This document shows positions 40,122 to 53,222 of a DNA stretch of 64,000 nt, piece by piece. The notes beneath the pieces were generated by a model. It had not been told where the DNA came from, did no database searches, and was given only the letters and a program-made list of their open reading frames with translations. Source of the DNA: Octopus vulgaris (Eukaryota); NCBI GenBank assembly GCA_951406725.2, contig OX597833.1, positions 38,440,001 to 38,504,000 of the forward strand, written 5' to 3'. A program made the translations under genes and the position numbers. Numbering within the stretch: position 1 is the first letter of the stretch; each line of letters opens with the position of its first letter.

Positions 40122-40445
40122 GTGAAGGTACTTGGCTTAGTGGATGTTGGGCATTCAGCTCATGATAGTAAGGTTATGAGTTCAATTCCTGGTGAAGCAT
40201 TGTGTCCTTGAGCAAGACAATTTATTTCATGTTGCTCCTGTCCACTCAGCTGTTAAAAATTAGCTGTACTTGTATTTCAAAGGGCCAGCCTTGTCACACT
40301 CTGTGTCACACTGAATCTCCCTGAGAACTACTTTACAGAGGTATATGTGTCTGTGGAGTGCTCAGCCACATACATGTTAATTTCATGAACAATCTGTTCC
40401 ATTGATCATATCAGCTGGGACCTTGTAACCAATAGAGTGCTTCTG
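40122..40445 (+). mobile_element. tRNA-derived SINE, family D
   Basis: A-box tggcttagtgg, B-box gagttcaattcc, core tgtgtccttgagcaagac..ccactcagctg; reverse copies at 44140-44280 and 59700-59850. Confidence 0.8.
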
Positions 40446-41112
40446 TATTTATATTGTTTAAAGGTCCATTTTTCCATATGCAAGTATCGTAAACCTTGTT
40501 CTTGCCTAGAATTTATTATATTATGCTCTGATGTAAAAAGTTGGTAAAATTCTTCTGTGCATAAGTCACATTTATTTGTCCCTCTTCTATAAGATTTAGC
40601 AGTACTAATTAATTCCTAATGGATGGTATAGTCCTTATTTCTATCTTTAATGGACCAGATTTTTTTACTTAGACTTGTTTGAAATTTTTATATATTTCTA
40701 TCTCTAAACACATTTAAATGATTAACCAGTCTTTTTTGGGAATAAGTGAAGTTGCACTGATGTAAAAGTATTCAGTTCCCTCTGATGTAACTTTACATCT
40801 AAAAACAACGTTCTTTGTTTTGCATTTATTATTGATAGAACACGAGTTTTGTTCACAACAATTTCAGAGATTATTTCATATACTGCACTCAGATTTCTTA
40901 TTAATTTGATTGTTTGGAGTAAAACCAAATTCATTTTGCCTAAATTCTTTATCATTATTTACACTTTTATACAATAATGTTATATTACTTCTCTTTCTAA
41001 CGGAGTCTTTATTTGATTCAACGTTATTCATTTGATTAAACAGGGTTGTTTCCCCTACTGTTATATTGATATTTGATATATGAACAAAGATAACCCATTA
41101 TTTCTGCCTTCA

Positions 41113-41163
<51 letters not shown>

Positions 41164-42422
41164 TGTGTATGTTTACATGTGTTTGCATGGCATCTGGTCC
41201 CTGGATGTCATTCCTCCCCTCTTGTTGAAGATAATATCCTCCTCCTCATCATCATCACCACCACCACAACCACCACCACCACCATCATCATCATCTCCAT
41301 CTCCATCTTCCTCGTTGTGTTGTCATAACTGTAGCCATTATTAATGACATCATTGTCTCTTAATGTAATTTCATTTATCCACTCTGCCATTGTGCTTATT
41401 TGTTCATAAGTATTATGACTATTTGACTATAGGTCAATCATTATTTAATATGTATTGCATAATTGCTATGACAGTAACATTGCTCTCTTACAATATCTTC
41501 ATGCATGTTATATAACTCATCACCCGTGTTATTGAAACAATTGTAAACCATGCACTAACTGCAATTCCAACCACTCCATCTTTTGTGTGTGCATGCACGC
41601 ACACATGCATTTATGTATTATCATCTTACTCAGCACCTTAAAGTGCGCTTCTCCATGCTTGCATGGGTCAGATGGAATTCATTGTGGCCGATTTTCTACA
41701 GCCACATGCCCTTACTGTCACCAGCCTGCAGTTTCCAAGTAAGATAATATTTCCCCATGGCTGGGAATACTTTCTTAGAGGATTATAAAGGAACAAAACT
41801 GTATTGAGATGACAAACAATTACAACTATCATGTAATATCAAGACATTAAAGTGCTAACACTCCTCCTCATACATTCACACATATACACATACATTGTAT
41901 GTATATATAAGTATATATAAAAATATGACAAGCTCCTTCCAGTTGCCTTCTACCAAATTCACTCACAAGTCTTTAGTCAGCCCCTCCACACACACACACA
42001 CACACACGCCTACATAAATCTGTCTGAGTGCATTACAAAATTAGAGCCACTGTTTGAAGAAATGGCTCAGTGACTGCAAACCTGGAAAGTCTAAGTGAAG
42101 TTACTAAGTAGTGTTTTCACTTCTTTACTGTGAGATATGCAAATAAATATGCTCAGTCAGTTCTTCACCTGAAGCTGTATGAAAGGGAGTGGCAACCATC
42201 AGTTATATCAACATAAAAGAGACAGATACAATATCAGCAATTGATGAGGTAAATGGACACTGATGGATTTATTTTTTCAGTGATTCTTTTAAAGGCATGC
42301 AAGAAAGCTTTGGCTGGTAAAACCTCTGCAGATACTTTTCATGGGCTTCCTTGCATGTGGCAAACAGTCCAAACATTTGAAAGAAGGTATGATATGTTCT
42401 GTTCAAGAATGAGGAAGCAGAA

Positions 42423-42709
42423 CATCATCATTATTTAACATCTACTTTCCATGCTGACACGGATTGGGTGGTTTGCCTGGAGTTGGCCAGGTTCCAATTG
42501 TCTGTTCTGGCATGGCTTCTATGGTTGGATGCTCTTCCTAAAATCAACCATTTCACAGAGTGTTCTGGGTGCTTTTATGTGATACTGGCATGGGTGCTTT
42601 CAGACTGGGCCTGGTGCAGCCATCTGGCTTCCCAGACCCCAGCTGAACTGTCCAACCCATGCTAGCATGGATGGCGGATGCTAAACGATGATGATGATGA
42701 TGATGATGA
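42423..42709. mobile_element. Two family C (RTE-tail) fragments in opposite orientation
   Basis: (cat)n..ggatgctcttcc on minus (42423-42600), then cagactgggcctggtgcagcc..(gat)n on plus. Confidence 0.75.
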
Positions 42710-43014
42710 TATATATTGGAGCATTGAAGTTAGCTTGAAGGATTGTAGTACAGAAGTAGAAAAGGAGAATAAAGAAAGCTTCTAACAATGCAGAAAGTTT
42801 TACAAATAAACCTTTATATTGGGCACAAAGACCTATCTTCAGAAGGAAGTAGTCCAAGAAATCAATATGCATACACATTTCTTGGACTCTTTCCTTTTGA
42901 AGATAGGTCATTGCACCTGAAATATAAAGGTTTCTATAAAACATGCTGCATTGTTAGAAGCTTTATTTATTTTCCTTTTCTTTTTAGATGTGTGTGTGTG
43001 TATGTGTATATCAT

Positions 43015-43072
<58 letters not shown>

Positions 43073-43493
43073 ATCCTGGAAAGTCTAGCACCTAACTTTG
43101 TGATTGAAAGCTATACCGTCCCCCAAACTGGGCTTCACTGCATAGTACCAAAGATCACACTCTGTCTATCTAAAATATATCTCCAATAATGTAACAGCTT
43201 AGGGTTCACAGCTTTTCAGTACCTTTCAAAACCTTTCAGAGATGTATGAGACGTTGATATGGGTGTGCTGAAAAAAATACTTAGATGAATTTTTATCTGA
43301 GATTTTACTTGAGCCCACAGCATGACAAAAAATGTAAATAAGGGTGGCATTGTACAACACTCTGATTCACCAGAACCAAACATAATGTAGGGCTGTGGAA
43401 GTGAGATGAATTAAACTGGCAATACATGGTGGTGACCTAACATAGTCACAGCCTCTTACTAAAACAAGTATAATTAAAAGTAAAAAGTGTATG

Positions 43494-43539
<46 letters not shown>

Positions 43540-43727
43540 CATGCCCAATCCCTCATCAGTTGTCAACCAAATATCATCACAATTTCAACACTTTCCAATG
43601 TATTTTATGTATTTTCCTTTAGTTTTCACTCTTAATTAATCTGTCCCACTTCAGTCTTGTTCATGTCTGTATATGTGCCCATCTTCACATATATATATAT
43701 TCCTTTTTTATTAAGTCTCAGTTCATT

Positions 43728-43832
43728 TTCTCTCTGAAGATGGAACAGGGTGGTAGAAAAAGATTGGATGGATGCAACATGCTATGAACTGCACCAATTA
43801 AACTACTATTCTTGAAACAGCTGTTAGGAGAA
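43728..43832 (+). ncRNA. Degenerate minimal type-I hammerhead ribozyme motif
   Basis: tctct-CTGAAGA-long stem II-GAAA-CAGCTG-TT-aggaga, palindromic ACAGCTGT stem III. Confidence 0.45.
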
Positions 43833-44139
43833 TCTGCATGTTTTTTTTTTCTTCTCTTTGACTTAGAAGGTTTTTAGCTGTGATAACTTTTTCCTATCAA
43901 ACCATGTCATATCTATACTACTGACTCACTTGCTGCCTATTTCTGGAGTCTATCTGTTTACATCACAACTATTAAGAGTTTCCCATAGTGGAACTTTTAC
44001 TGACCTCCTGAAATTTACTCTTTTATGCATTTGTTTTTCTCTAAATAAATAGGTGTGTTCAAAAGGTATCCAACTTTATTGTTACCCGATGAAACTAATG
44101 CTGCATGAGCAAAAACCAGCACCGGTCTGTCGCAGTGTT

Positions 44140-44280
44140 ACTCATTTACAGCTGAGTGGAATGGAGCAACATGAAATAAATTGTTTTGCTTAAGAATAAG
44201 ACACCACCAATTTGGGAATTGAAACTATGGTCTTGTGATCATGAGTGTAACACCCTAACCACTAGGCCATACACCTTCAC
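44140..44280 (-). mobile_element. SINE family D 5' part
   Basis: cagctgagtgga..gggaattgaaac..ccctaaccactaggccatacaccttcac. Confidence 0.75.
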
Positions 44281-44954
44281 CAGATGAATAGAAGTTGGGG
44301 TGTGGCTTGATAAGAAATATCAATATGAGTGAGGGAGGAGTTTGGAAGAAAGAGACAGGGAGTAGCTCAAGGATGATAATTCAAGGAATAAGAGATGGGA
44401 ACCGTGGGGAAGGAGATGTGGCACACAAGGGATAAATGGAATGAGTGGATATGTAAAGGGCACCCAGCCCACTTTGTGGAGTGGTTGGCATTAAAAAGGG
44501 CCAAACCAAAAACAGACTGAGCTTGTTGCAACTCTCAGGCTTATTGCTACAGTCAAACTGTTTTACCTGTGTTAGCATGGAAAATGGATGCTATTAGATG
44601 GGTCTTTTTGAACACAGTAAATCAATAATCATTTTGGTCCTTTGAAATCTACTCCTCAAGGCTTGGCATCTTAAGATCAGCTTTCATCACCACTTTGTCT
44701 CATCTCATCTTGGGACTCTTTCTTATTCAAGTTCCAGCCACTTTAAGCAATCAACACTTCCTTATGCAGCTGTCTTAATCAATACATAACCACATGGCCA
44801 AACCACCACAGCCTTCTGCTTTGTACACTATGTCTGATTCCTCTTAATTATAATTGCTCTCTCAGTACATTAGCACTTTGTCACACATGCACATTCCTGT
44901 TACACATTCAGGAGAACAGGCAGTGTCAGTGTGCATGTACAAAGTGCTAATGTA

Positions 44955-44970
44955 TTGTGTGTGTGTGTGC

Positions 44971-45005
<35 letters not shown>

Positions 45006-45194
45006 TATACATACACACACACACACACATACACACTGTGTGTGTGTATATATATGTATATATATATGTGTGTGTGCATATATATGTATATATATGTGTG
45101 TGTGTATATATATATATGTGTATATATATATGTGTGTATATATATATATATATGTGTGTGTGTGTATATATATATATATATGTGTATATATATA

Positions 45195-45227
<33 letters not shown>

Positions 45228-45255
45228 TTGTATGTGTGTACATGTATATTTGTAT
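44955..45255. repeat. Compound (TA)n/(TG)n microsatellite
   Basis: Read directly; source of the five overlapping Y/I/C/V ORFs. Confidence 0.95.
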
Positions 45256-45635
45256 GTCTGTTGTGTATTTATAAACACACAGACATATTTGTGTATTCCT
45301 CCATTTCCTCCACCCACTATTCTTGGGAGGGTTGTGGCAGTAGAGTCCTCAGGTTCTATCAGAACCCTAGGAAAGAATTGCATTTTCCGGCAGGATTTCA
45401 GCTGCAACTATGAATATTATCCAACCATCTCATTTCAAGTGCTTATGTAATAAGTAGTTATACACTTCTCTCTAATTTCGCCAGTCATTTCAAGACTGAG
45501 GAATGCAGGTAAATGTGTAACTACTTGTTACATAACTATTTGAAATTTGTGTATCATTAAATGTATTTGCTTTGTCAATAATTGGTTTCTGTCATTATTC
45601 ATATATTATGGGGCCTTTGTTTCTCACAATCTAAC

Positions 45636-47365
45636 CAGGTGTTTCCCAATCTGGATGTCAGGTATGAGGAACTTCAGTGGGACTACATAAAAATTCAGGA
45701 AAGGGAGTGGGGCACAAGTCGGTGAAGGAAGATATGTATTTGAATTTTCTTGTTATATTTCACGTGTAAACACAGACATTTTTATTCTGAAGTATAATTC
45801 TATATCTTGTAATTTATATTTGACATTATATACTTGACTTTACAAGGTTGATATATATATACTAATTCATATTTATAATGTATAATTTATAAATTTTAAT
45901 TCTTAATATTACAAAGTAAAATTTTTATTTTTACCTTTTAATTTTTTAATCTTTAATGCTTAATTTTATTGCTTATTTTTTAAAGGGATGTAAAATTTGA
46001 TTTATAATATTTTGAAAAAGAACCTGAAGATGTGTTGGAATAATTGTAAATCTGATGATTTACATATATGTATTTATATATGTGTGTGTATATATATATA
46101 TGTATACAATTGTGTGTATGTATATATATTGTAATCTTCTAATACTGAAACACATATAGTTCTTCATATTTAATTAATTTAGTGTTAACTAAAGTAGGAG
46201 ATAATTAAGGAAGTATAGTATATACCCTGCTGGTATAAAGGTTATTATTTCGTGATATGCAAATGGATACCATGAGTTTACTTTCAGATATACTGATGCT
46301 ACTCTATTTCTTCTTAATATTTTTCAATTAGTTTGTAATACTGTAAAATTCACACTCAAAAACACATTCACACAATGCATTAATGCATATAACTTAAATT
46401 CCATCATGACAGAAAAGAAAATGGATTCATTTGACAGTTCAATAATAATTTATCGTCGATGAATAAAATATCAAGTTGGCATTGAAAAGTTTTGTATGAA
46501 TTAAATATTATGTTATTGCTTTGAACTTCATACATCTGGTAACAATCTCTAAGAGTAATTGCCTGCATTGCTTCATTGAACTTTTGGTCAGTGTTGTAAT
46601 GTTTCTGATTAATAAGCAGTGTGGAGAAGAAATCCTAGCTGCCAAATGTGATGTATTCTACTTTCCAGCTATATTTGAGAAGCTAAATTTGTTGATCAAA
46701 CATCATCTAAGTAAAAATAGATATCTTTTATCCCCACTCAAAATAGATACCATAGACAAACTCATATTGGTTTTTGGTGCAAAATGCACGCTTGTTTATA
46801 TCGCTAGTTGGGAGATGAATCCCTGCCATCTCCAGTACTGGGATCACCAAATCCTGTGATTTCGACCTTCCTTGGTTTCATCAATGATGGATGCTTGACC
46901 ACTGGAGATAGATCTCCCCGCCAGTGATATATAGAAAAACTGCCAAAACAGATGCTGGTGTTGTGATTAGTCAGTGAGCTTGTTAAAAGTGTGTCAAATA
47001 TATATATTTTTTACAGTATTTTTAATTTGTAAAGAGGCTACTAATGTCTTTCTTGGAAGACTTAATCTATTTAGGGTACATATTGGATGTAAGGAGTTGA
47101 TGCACTTCCCAACCCTTGCCACTGCAAGAGGTTGATAAGGAACTGCAAGAGGTTGATATTGTAATGTACATTGAGCACTTGAAGAAAGTGCTCAGTGATA
47201 TGGAGATTAGGTTCAGAGATCTTGGAAATGAACATTCCAAGTTGTGTGGTAGATCTATTTGGGATGAATGCATCTAATATTGATGTAAGACTACAAGAAA
47301 GCCTTATTGGGTTGCAGAGTTATTAAACTGCTCAAGATTAATTTAACCATGGGTGCCAGAAAAAA
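45636..47365 (+). mobile_element. Decayed hAT (Buster/Charlie/ZBED-like) transposon
   Basis: 5' end caggtgtttcccaa; remnants LHT..SKSNCLHCFIELL (RWLSKG region), FYFPAIFEKLNLL, YIEHLKKVLSDMEIRFRDL, DVRLQESLIGLQS. Confidence 0.8.
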
Positions 47366-48573
47366 ATATTTAAAACATATATATATTTATATGTTTGTGT
47401 GTGTCTGCACATATATATATGTAATATAGATAGATATACATACATATATAAAAACACACACACACAGGCTCTTATATCCTCCAATGCTGTCAGCACAGTG
47501 GGCAACAATCCTTCTTCAAACATCCCAATGTTTGCTTTCCTCTTAGCTCCACTTAGGCTGACTCCCATCACTATTATGTCATCCCAAAATGCAATGCATC
47601 ATGTCTTCCTTGGTGTTCTGCTCAGTCTTTTCCTCCATCTAGCATCCAGTCTATCACAATTATATATATACTTGCTGGGCCTTACTTTTTAAACCTGGTA
47701 TTTATTTTATTGATATCCTTTTGCTGAGCAGGTAAGTCATGGGAGCATAAATGAACCAATGCTGGTTATCAGCCAGTTGTAGGAGACATGAATGCGCTCA
47801 CATAGATATATCTATACCTGTGTATATAAACTACTGAAAACAGAACTAACGAGATCCCTTGTTGACAATCACTACAATTGTTTCAATACATTCTTACATC
47901 TGTAATTCATAGATGAGATATTGAGCAGTCATTGTCTTACATACCAGGTGTAGAATGTACCCCCTCAGCTGACTGTGTGAACAAGTTCTTCATTATATAT
48001 ACTTGTCGTTTCACTCAGTTTAATAATGCATACCTAGATTAGTATTTCATTCCAGCAGTTCACTGACAGAACTCAGTTCTGTCTATCACCTGACAAGGTG
48101 CATTCTATACCTGAGATGTAATATAATGACTGCACAATATCTCACCTTTGAACTACAGGTGCTAGAATGTGTTGAAACAATTGTAGCGATTTTTAAATAA
48201 AGAATCTTGTTACTTCCATTTTCTGTCATTTTTTCATTTGATATAATCTCTACAGATTCTATAGAATTCCTGAAGTATATCCAATATCATGTGCATTTCA
48301 AGTAGCCAATAACTGTGGACAAGCTTTGCACAGCATTTTACATGGGTTTTATATATATATATATATAAAAAAAAAACAATCGAACCATCCAACTCATGCT
48401 AGTATGGAAAATGGACGTTAAACGATGATGATGATGATGATAAATAATAAGGGTGGCTTGTTAGCAATTTTTCGGCTGAAAGGCAAAAGACTTCTTTCAG
48501 TTTCTCTCTACCAAATCCACTCTCAAGGCTTTGGTTAGCCCAGGGCTATAGTTGAAGATACTTGCCCTGATAC

Positions 48574-48617
<44 letters not shown>

Positions 48618-49262
48618 CAGTTTTGGGGATTGATTGATATGTGGGTATTCTATTTCAGATAATACAAAAAAAAAAAATAACCTCATGAGTATATCTGAAA
48701 GTAAACTCATGATATCCATTTGCATATCATGAAATGATAACTTTTATTCCAGCAGGGTATATACTATACTTCCTTAATTATCTCCTACTGTAGTTAACAC
48801 TAAATTAATTAAATATGAAGAACTATATGTGTTTCAGTATTAGAAGATTACAATATATATACATACACACAATTGTATACATATATATATATATACACAC
48901 ACACATATATAAATATATATATATGCAATCATCAGATTTACAATTATTCAAACACATCTTCAGGTTCTTTTTCAAAATATTATAAATCTAAAGTTTACAT
49001 CCCTTTAAAAAATAAGCAATAAAATTAAGCATTAAAGATTAAAAAATTAAAAAGTGAAAAAATCAAATTATACTTTGTAATATTAAGAATTAAAATTTAT
49101 GAATTATTCATTATAAATATGAATCATTATATATATCAACCTTGTAAAGTCAAGTATATAATGTCAAATACAAATTATAAGATATAAAATATACTTCAGA
49201 ATAAAAATGTCTGTGTTTAAATGTGAAATATAACAAGAAAAATTCAAATACATAACTTCCTT
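45725..49262. repeat. Long inverted repeat: arms 45725-46294 and 48688-49262
   Basis: Arms are reverse complements over ~570 bp with scattered substitutions. Confidence 0.93.
47837..48223. repeat. Inverted repeat with ~128-bp diverged arms (47837-47965 / 48097-48223)
   Basis: aatcactacaattgtttcaatacattct vs agaatgtgttgaaacaattgtagcgatt, continuing on both sides. Confidence 0.8.
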
Positions 49263-50259
49263 TTTTGCTGGTACCAGGATTAGTTTTCAAAATATATATA
49301 CACATACATACATACATGCATATGTTTGTATGCGTGTGCGTGTGCATTGTCCCCCACCTCTGTTTGACAACTGGTGTTGGTTTGTTTATATCTCTGTAAT
49401 TTAACAGTTTGGCATAAGTGACTTGTAGAATAAATACCAGATTTTGAAAAAAACATAAGTACCGAGGTCAATTCATTTGATTAAGCCCTTTCAAGCTGAT
49501 GGCCCAGCATAGCTGCAGTCCATTGAATGAATCAGATGAAAGATATGAGATAGAATAGAAGAGAGAGAGAAAATACTACTAGAGAAAGGGAGAGGAGGAA
49601 GAAAAAAAGAAAACATGGATGGAAGGAAGAAAAATAGCAAGAATATATGTTTGTTTGTATATATATATGAAAGTTTGATCTTGAAGTTAAGGGGAGGCTG
49701 GTAGCAAATAAAAATAACAGAAGGATTGGACAACCAGAAAAGACAAGGCATGTACTCACCGCAAATTAGAAATAAGGTAAATTAGATAGATATAAAGAAC
49801 AAGGCTCAAATATACACAGTAAAGGCTGATAAATATATGGTACAGGTATATAAAGTGTATATAGAAGGATTTTTTTTCTAACAAAGAGAATGTGTTACTA
49901 GGGACCAATATGCATGTAAATGTATATAATCAAAAATTTGTGCTAAGAAAATATATATATGTTCTAACACAAGGTAGTTTTGGTGAATCCTTGTGCTGTA
50001 TAATTTTATAGAGATTTGTTGTGTAAGGCTGGAATGATGTACAAAGGGAAAAGAATGAAGGTACAAAGGGAAAAGAAATGGAAACAAAGTTGCAATTTTT
50101 AACTTGTATGTATATTAATACATTCATCACACAGGTATAAAAAATAAATTTGTCCCAAAACATTTTTTAAATGGGTTGGGTGGGTCACTTTCCAATATAA
50201 TGATTATACTAAAAGTGTAATCTTATACATATATACACACTGACATGCATATGTATGTG

Positions 50260-50319
<60 letters not shown>

Positions 50320-50559
50320 TGCAAACACACACACATATAAATATATGTACATGCATACATATACATAAGAAACATATACAAAAAAAATACATACCCACGT
50401 GAAGCTATTTCACCTTCAATAAAGTAATATTTTACTCTACTTTTGGTATTTGAGTACTGCTTTCTCTACCTTGTTTTGCACCTGTGTGCTCATGTGTGTG
50501 TATATTGCTCCCTTTGTAAGTTTTGGCAGCTCTGTACAAGAGGAAGCAGCAACAGCTGA

Positions 50560-51770
50560 AAAATGAAAATACATCTGCTGAATTTTTAACTGAAAAATAT
50601 TCTAAGTCCATTGAATAAACAATATTTTAAAAATCTAATCGTGGAAACAGTATTCCATCTACAGAATGAAATGACAAGCTTATTTTTCTTGATTGAAAAC
50701 ATGGCAGGATACTAACTTCAAATATGATTTCAAGTTTAGAAATAATAAAAGAAAGTTTATATTTCATGCCATCAGATAAAGACTAAAAACTTATATGCTG
50801 GCTCCTCTCTAAATGTAGGGCATTTATAAGAAGGCAGACTATGCTTTATATCATTAAGTGAATCTAGAAGCAAAAAGAATTGTGACCAGCCTAAATGTTA
50901 GTGATAGCATAGGGTGTCTATCCCTGCTTGAGCCTTTCATTACCTTTAAAGACCACAAAACTAATTTTAGAAGAAACCCCAAATGTAGATTTGTTGTTCT
51001 GGCTAAAACTGACATAGGAATAATTAATAAAAAATATGTTAGATTCCATTGTTCGTAGGATTAGTAACAGTATACATTTTCCTTTATGAAATAACATCAT
51101 GTCTGTTATAAACTGGTTTTAAGAGCATTAGCAATAAACATAACTGTAGGTTTACTCAGTTTGACATTGTGGTCTTTTACCTGTCAATAACAAGGTCTCT
51201 ACTGCTTAAAGCACTTACTTTTGCTGAAGAATATGTTCACATAAGTGAGTCAGAAACTGATATCATTCTGCACATTAGGAAATTCTGTTTTTTAACGACT
51301 TAACCTAAGTGTAGAAAAATGCTTTGTTTGATGTGTCTATAGGACAGAGCAAAATTATGTATGCTTATAGGCATATATATTTAATACCGTTTACATATAG
51401 AACTCCCCCTTCTTTATGGACAAGTCTATACAGGGATCATGATATTACCTTATTGCCACCTGTAATACAAATGGCATGAGCTTGATAGCCTTAGGAAGAA
51501 TCTTATCATATTTTATCATATGGGCTTAAAAATTACAGTTGACATAAATCTTAGTGTTAACTTTTTATATATCAACTTAGATTTGCAGCCTAACCCTTTT
51601 AAACCTTATTGTAAGTCTAATGAAAAGCTGTGCTCTTTTAGTAAGTGTTCAAATCATCTGTGCTATATTCTCAAACATCTGCTTAGTAATATGAGCAAGT
51701 GATTTTCCTCCTTGTTATCAGACAGGGCATCTTTTAATGGTGTGTCCTTGTACTACGATTTTGCACCCTT
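50560..51770 (+). mobile_element. Decayed Penelope-like RT (second lineage)
   Basis: FITFKDHKTNFRRNPKCR, FTQFDIVVFYLSI..LLKALTFA, GLKITVDINL..NFLYINLDL..FKPYCKSNE..SNH; many stops and frameshifts. Confidence 0.85.
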
Positions 51771-51929
51771 TGATATATGTTTGATATATAAGCAATGCAA
51801 CATGATAGATGGTTTTCCATAGATCAATGATCCCTTTTTGTCCATTTTCAAAATTAGTTATAGCACATCTTTTATTGTTTTACTGGCCTTTAATTCTTCT
51901 ATTTCTCCAAGATGGTATTTTGCAATACA

Positions 51930-52201
51930 GTTCTACATTTAAGAGATGAGGAATTATGTACATTATTTACATTTGAGGGATATTTTTCCCCATCTTGTTT
52001 GTTGTTAACACGTTTCGGCTGATATACTCGCCAGCCTTCTTCAGGTGTCTTGGGGAAATTTTGAACCTGGGTTCTCATTCCTAAGGTATTTTTCGGTGTT
52101 ATTATTATCATTGTTATTATTGTCATTGTTCAGGTCACTGCTTGGAATTGAACTCAGAATCTTGGGGTTAATAGCCCGCGCTTTTACCCACTACACCATA
52201 T
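51930..52201 (-). mobile_element. tRNA-headed SINE-like unit carrying a hammerhead-like motif
   Basis: Minus strand: tggtgtagtgg (A box)..gagttcaattcc (B box), (aat)n spacer, then gacac-CTGAAGA-aggctg..cagcc-GAAAC-gtgtt (52007-52049). Confidence 0.7.
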
Positions 52202-52212
52202 CTTAGACCACG

Positions 52213-52320
52213 GTCATATGGCATAGTGGTTAAGAGCGCCGGCTGCTAACCCCAAGATTCCATGTTCGATTCCAAGCAGTGACCTGAACAATAATAATAA
52301 TAATAATAATAATAATAGTA
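52213..52320 (+). mobile_element. Inverted partial copy of the same tRNA-like head
   Basis: tggcatagtggttaagagcgccggctgctaaccccaagattccatgttcgattcc, then (aat)n. Confidence 0.8.
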
Positions 52321-52840
52321 GTAGATCCACATTTGAAACAGATACAACTTTGATTTTGACTAATCGGTTAAGTGAATATGATCAAAAGAATAAACATTCA
52401 TTTAACAAGGCTGGTCATTGTGACATTAATGTTAGAGAAGGCATTCATTGTAAATTCAATGAATGGCTTCCCATGCCAAATATGCAGCTGTTTACATTGT
52501 GTGCGCGTGTATGCATATGAATTCTATCTTTCATTCCTTTGTCTCTGTCAGGTTTTCCATGCTAGAATGGGTTATGAATATATTATTAAGTCATATTTTT
52601 ACAGCTGGATGCTACACACACACACATACACACAAAATGTTAAATCACAATGAGTATGCTTGTATCGGATATCATATCCACCAATGTTCATCCTAATACA
52701 CAAAAAATTGTGTTCATAATTGTTGCTGTGAAGTGATTAAGAAATTAAAATTGACTCTACAATGCAGCTCTATTTATATTTTGACAGTAATGTTTACTAT
52801 AAATAGATATTATTTATGCCCAGAGACATTACTATTTATG

Positions 52841-52920
52841 TCCCCTAAAAATTACTCACAAAACTTCAGCTGGCATGATTTCCCCTAAAAATTAATCACA
52901 AAACTTCAGCTGGCATGATT
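52841..52920. repeat. 40-bp tandem duplication
   Basis: tcccctaaaaatta(c/a)tcacaaaacttcagctggcatgatt twice, one mismatch. Confidence 0.95.
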
Positions 52921-53062
52921 TCAAATCATTTTCCGCTTTCAGGAAATCTAAAAATCTGTGTTTTGTTTTTTTAAATCTATTAAAACTATTTGGGGGCAGA
53001 CCCTGAATATCTGATGTTTATAAGAAAATTCTAAACTCCTAAAAAGAAAAAGGAAAGGTTAC

Positions 53063-53222
53063 TTGACCCTCAAGCATTTAAACTGGCCTCTCACACCTAC
53101 CCTACAATGTCATTCTAAAAATATACAGTCACATCATTGAAATCTCAAAGCTATGAGTTAATTCAAAATGATGTTAATAGATATTACATTTGACAAAGTA
53201 ATCTGAATGCTAAAGGGGTTAA
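53063..53222. mobile_element. piggyBac-type MITE P1 (short form)
   Basis: ttgaccctcaagcattt ... aatgctaaagggg-ttaa. Confidence 0.8.

Noticed and set aside
44854-45450. 198-aa ORF (longest in window) and overlapping frames
   Set aside because: Translation of TA/TG microsatellite
45725-49262. Single transposon with 570-bp TIRs
   Set aside because: The left arm starts ~90 bp inside a hAT element and no TSD or matching termini are visible; better explained as an inverted duplication
52213-52285. Genuine tRNA gene (Ser-GCT-like)
   Set aside because: No convincing acceptor stem, no long variable arm, no oligo-T terminator; it runs into (AAT)n and has a diverged inverted twin, so it is a SINE head
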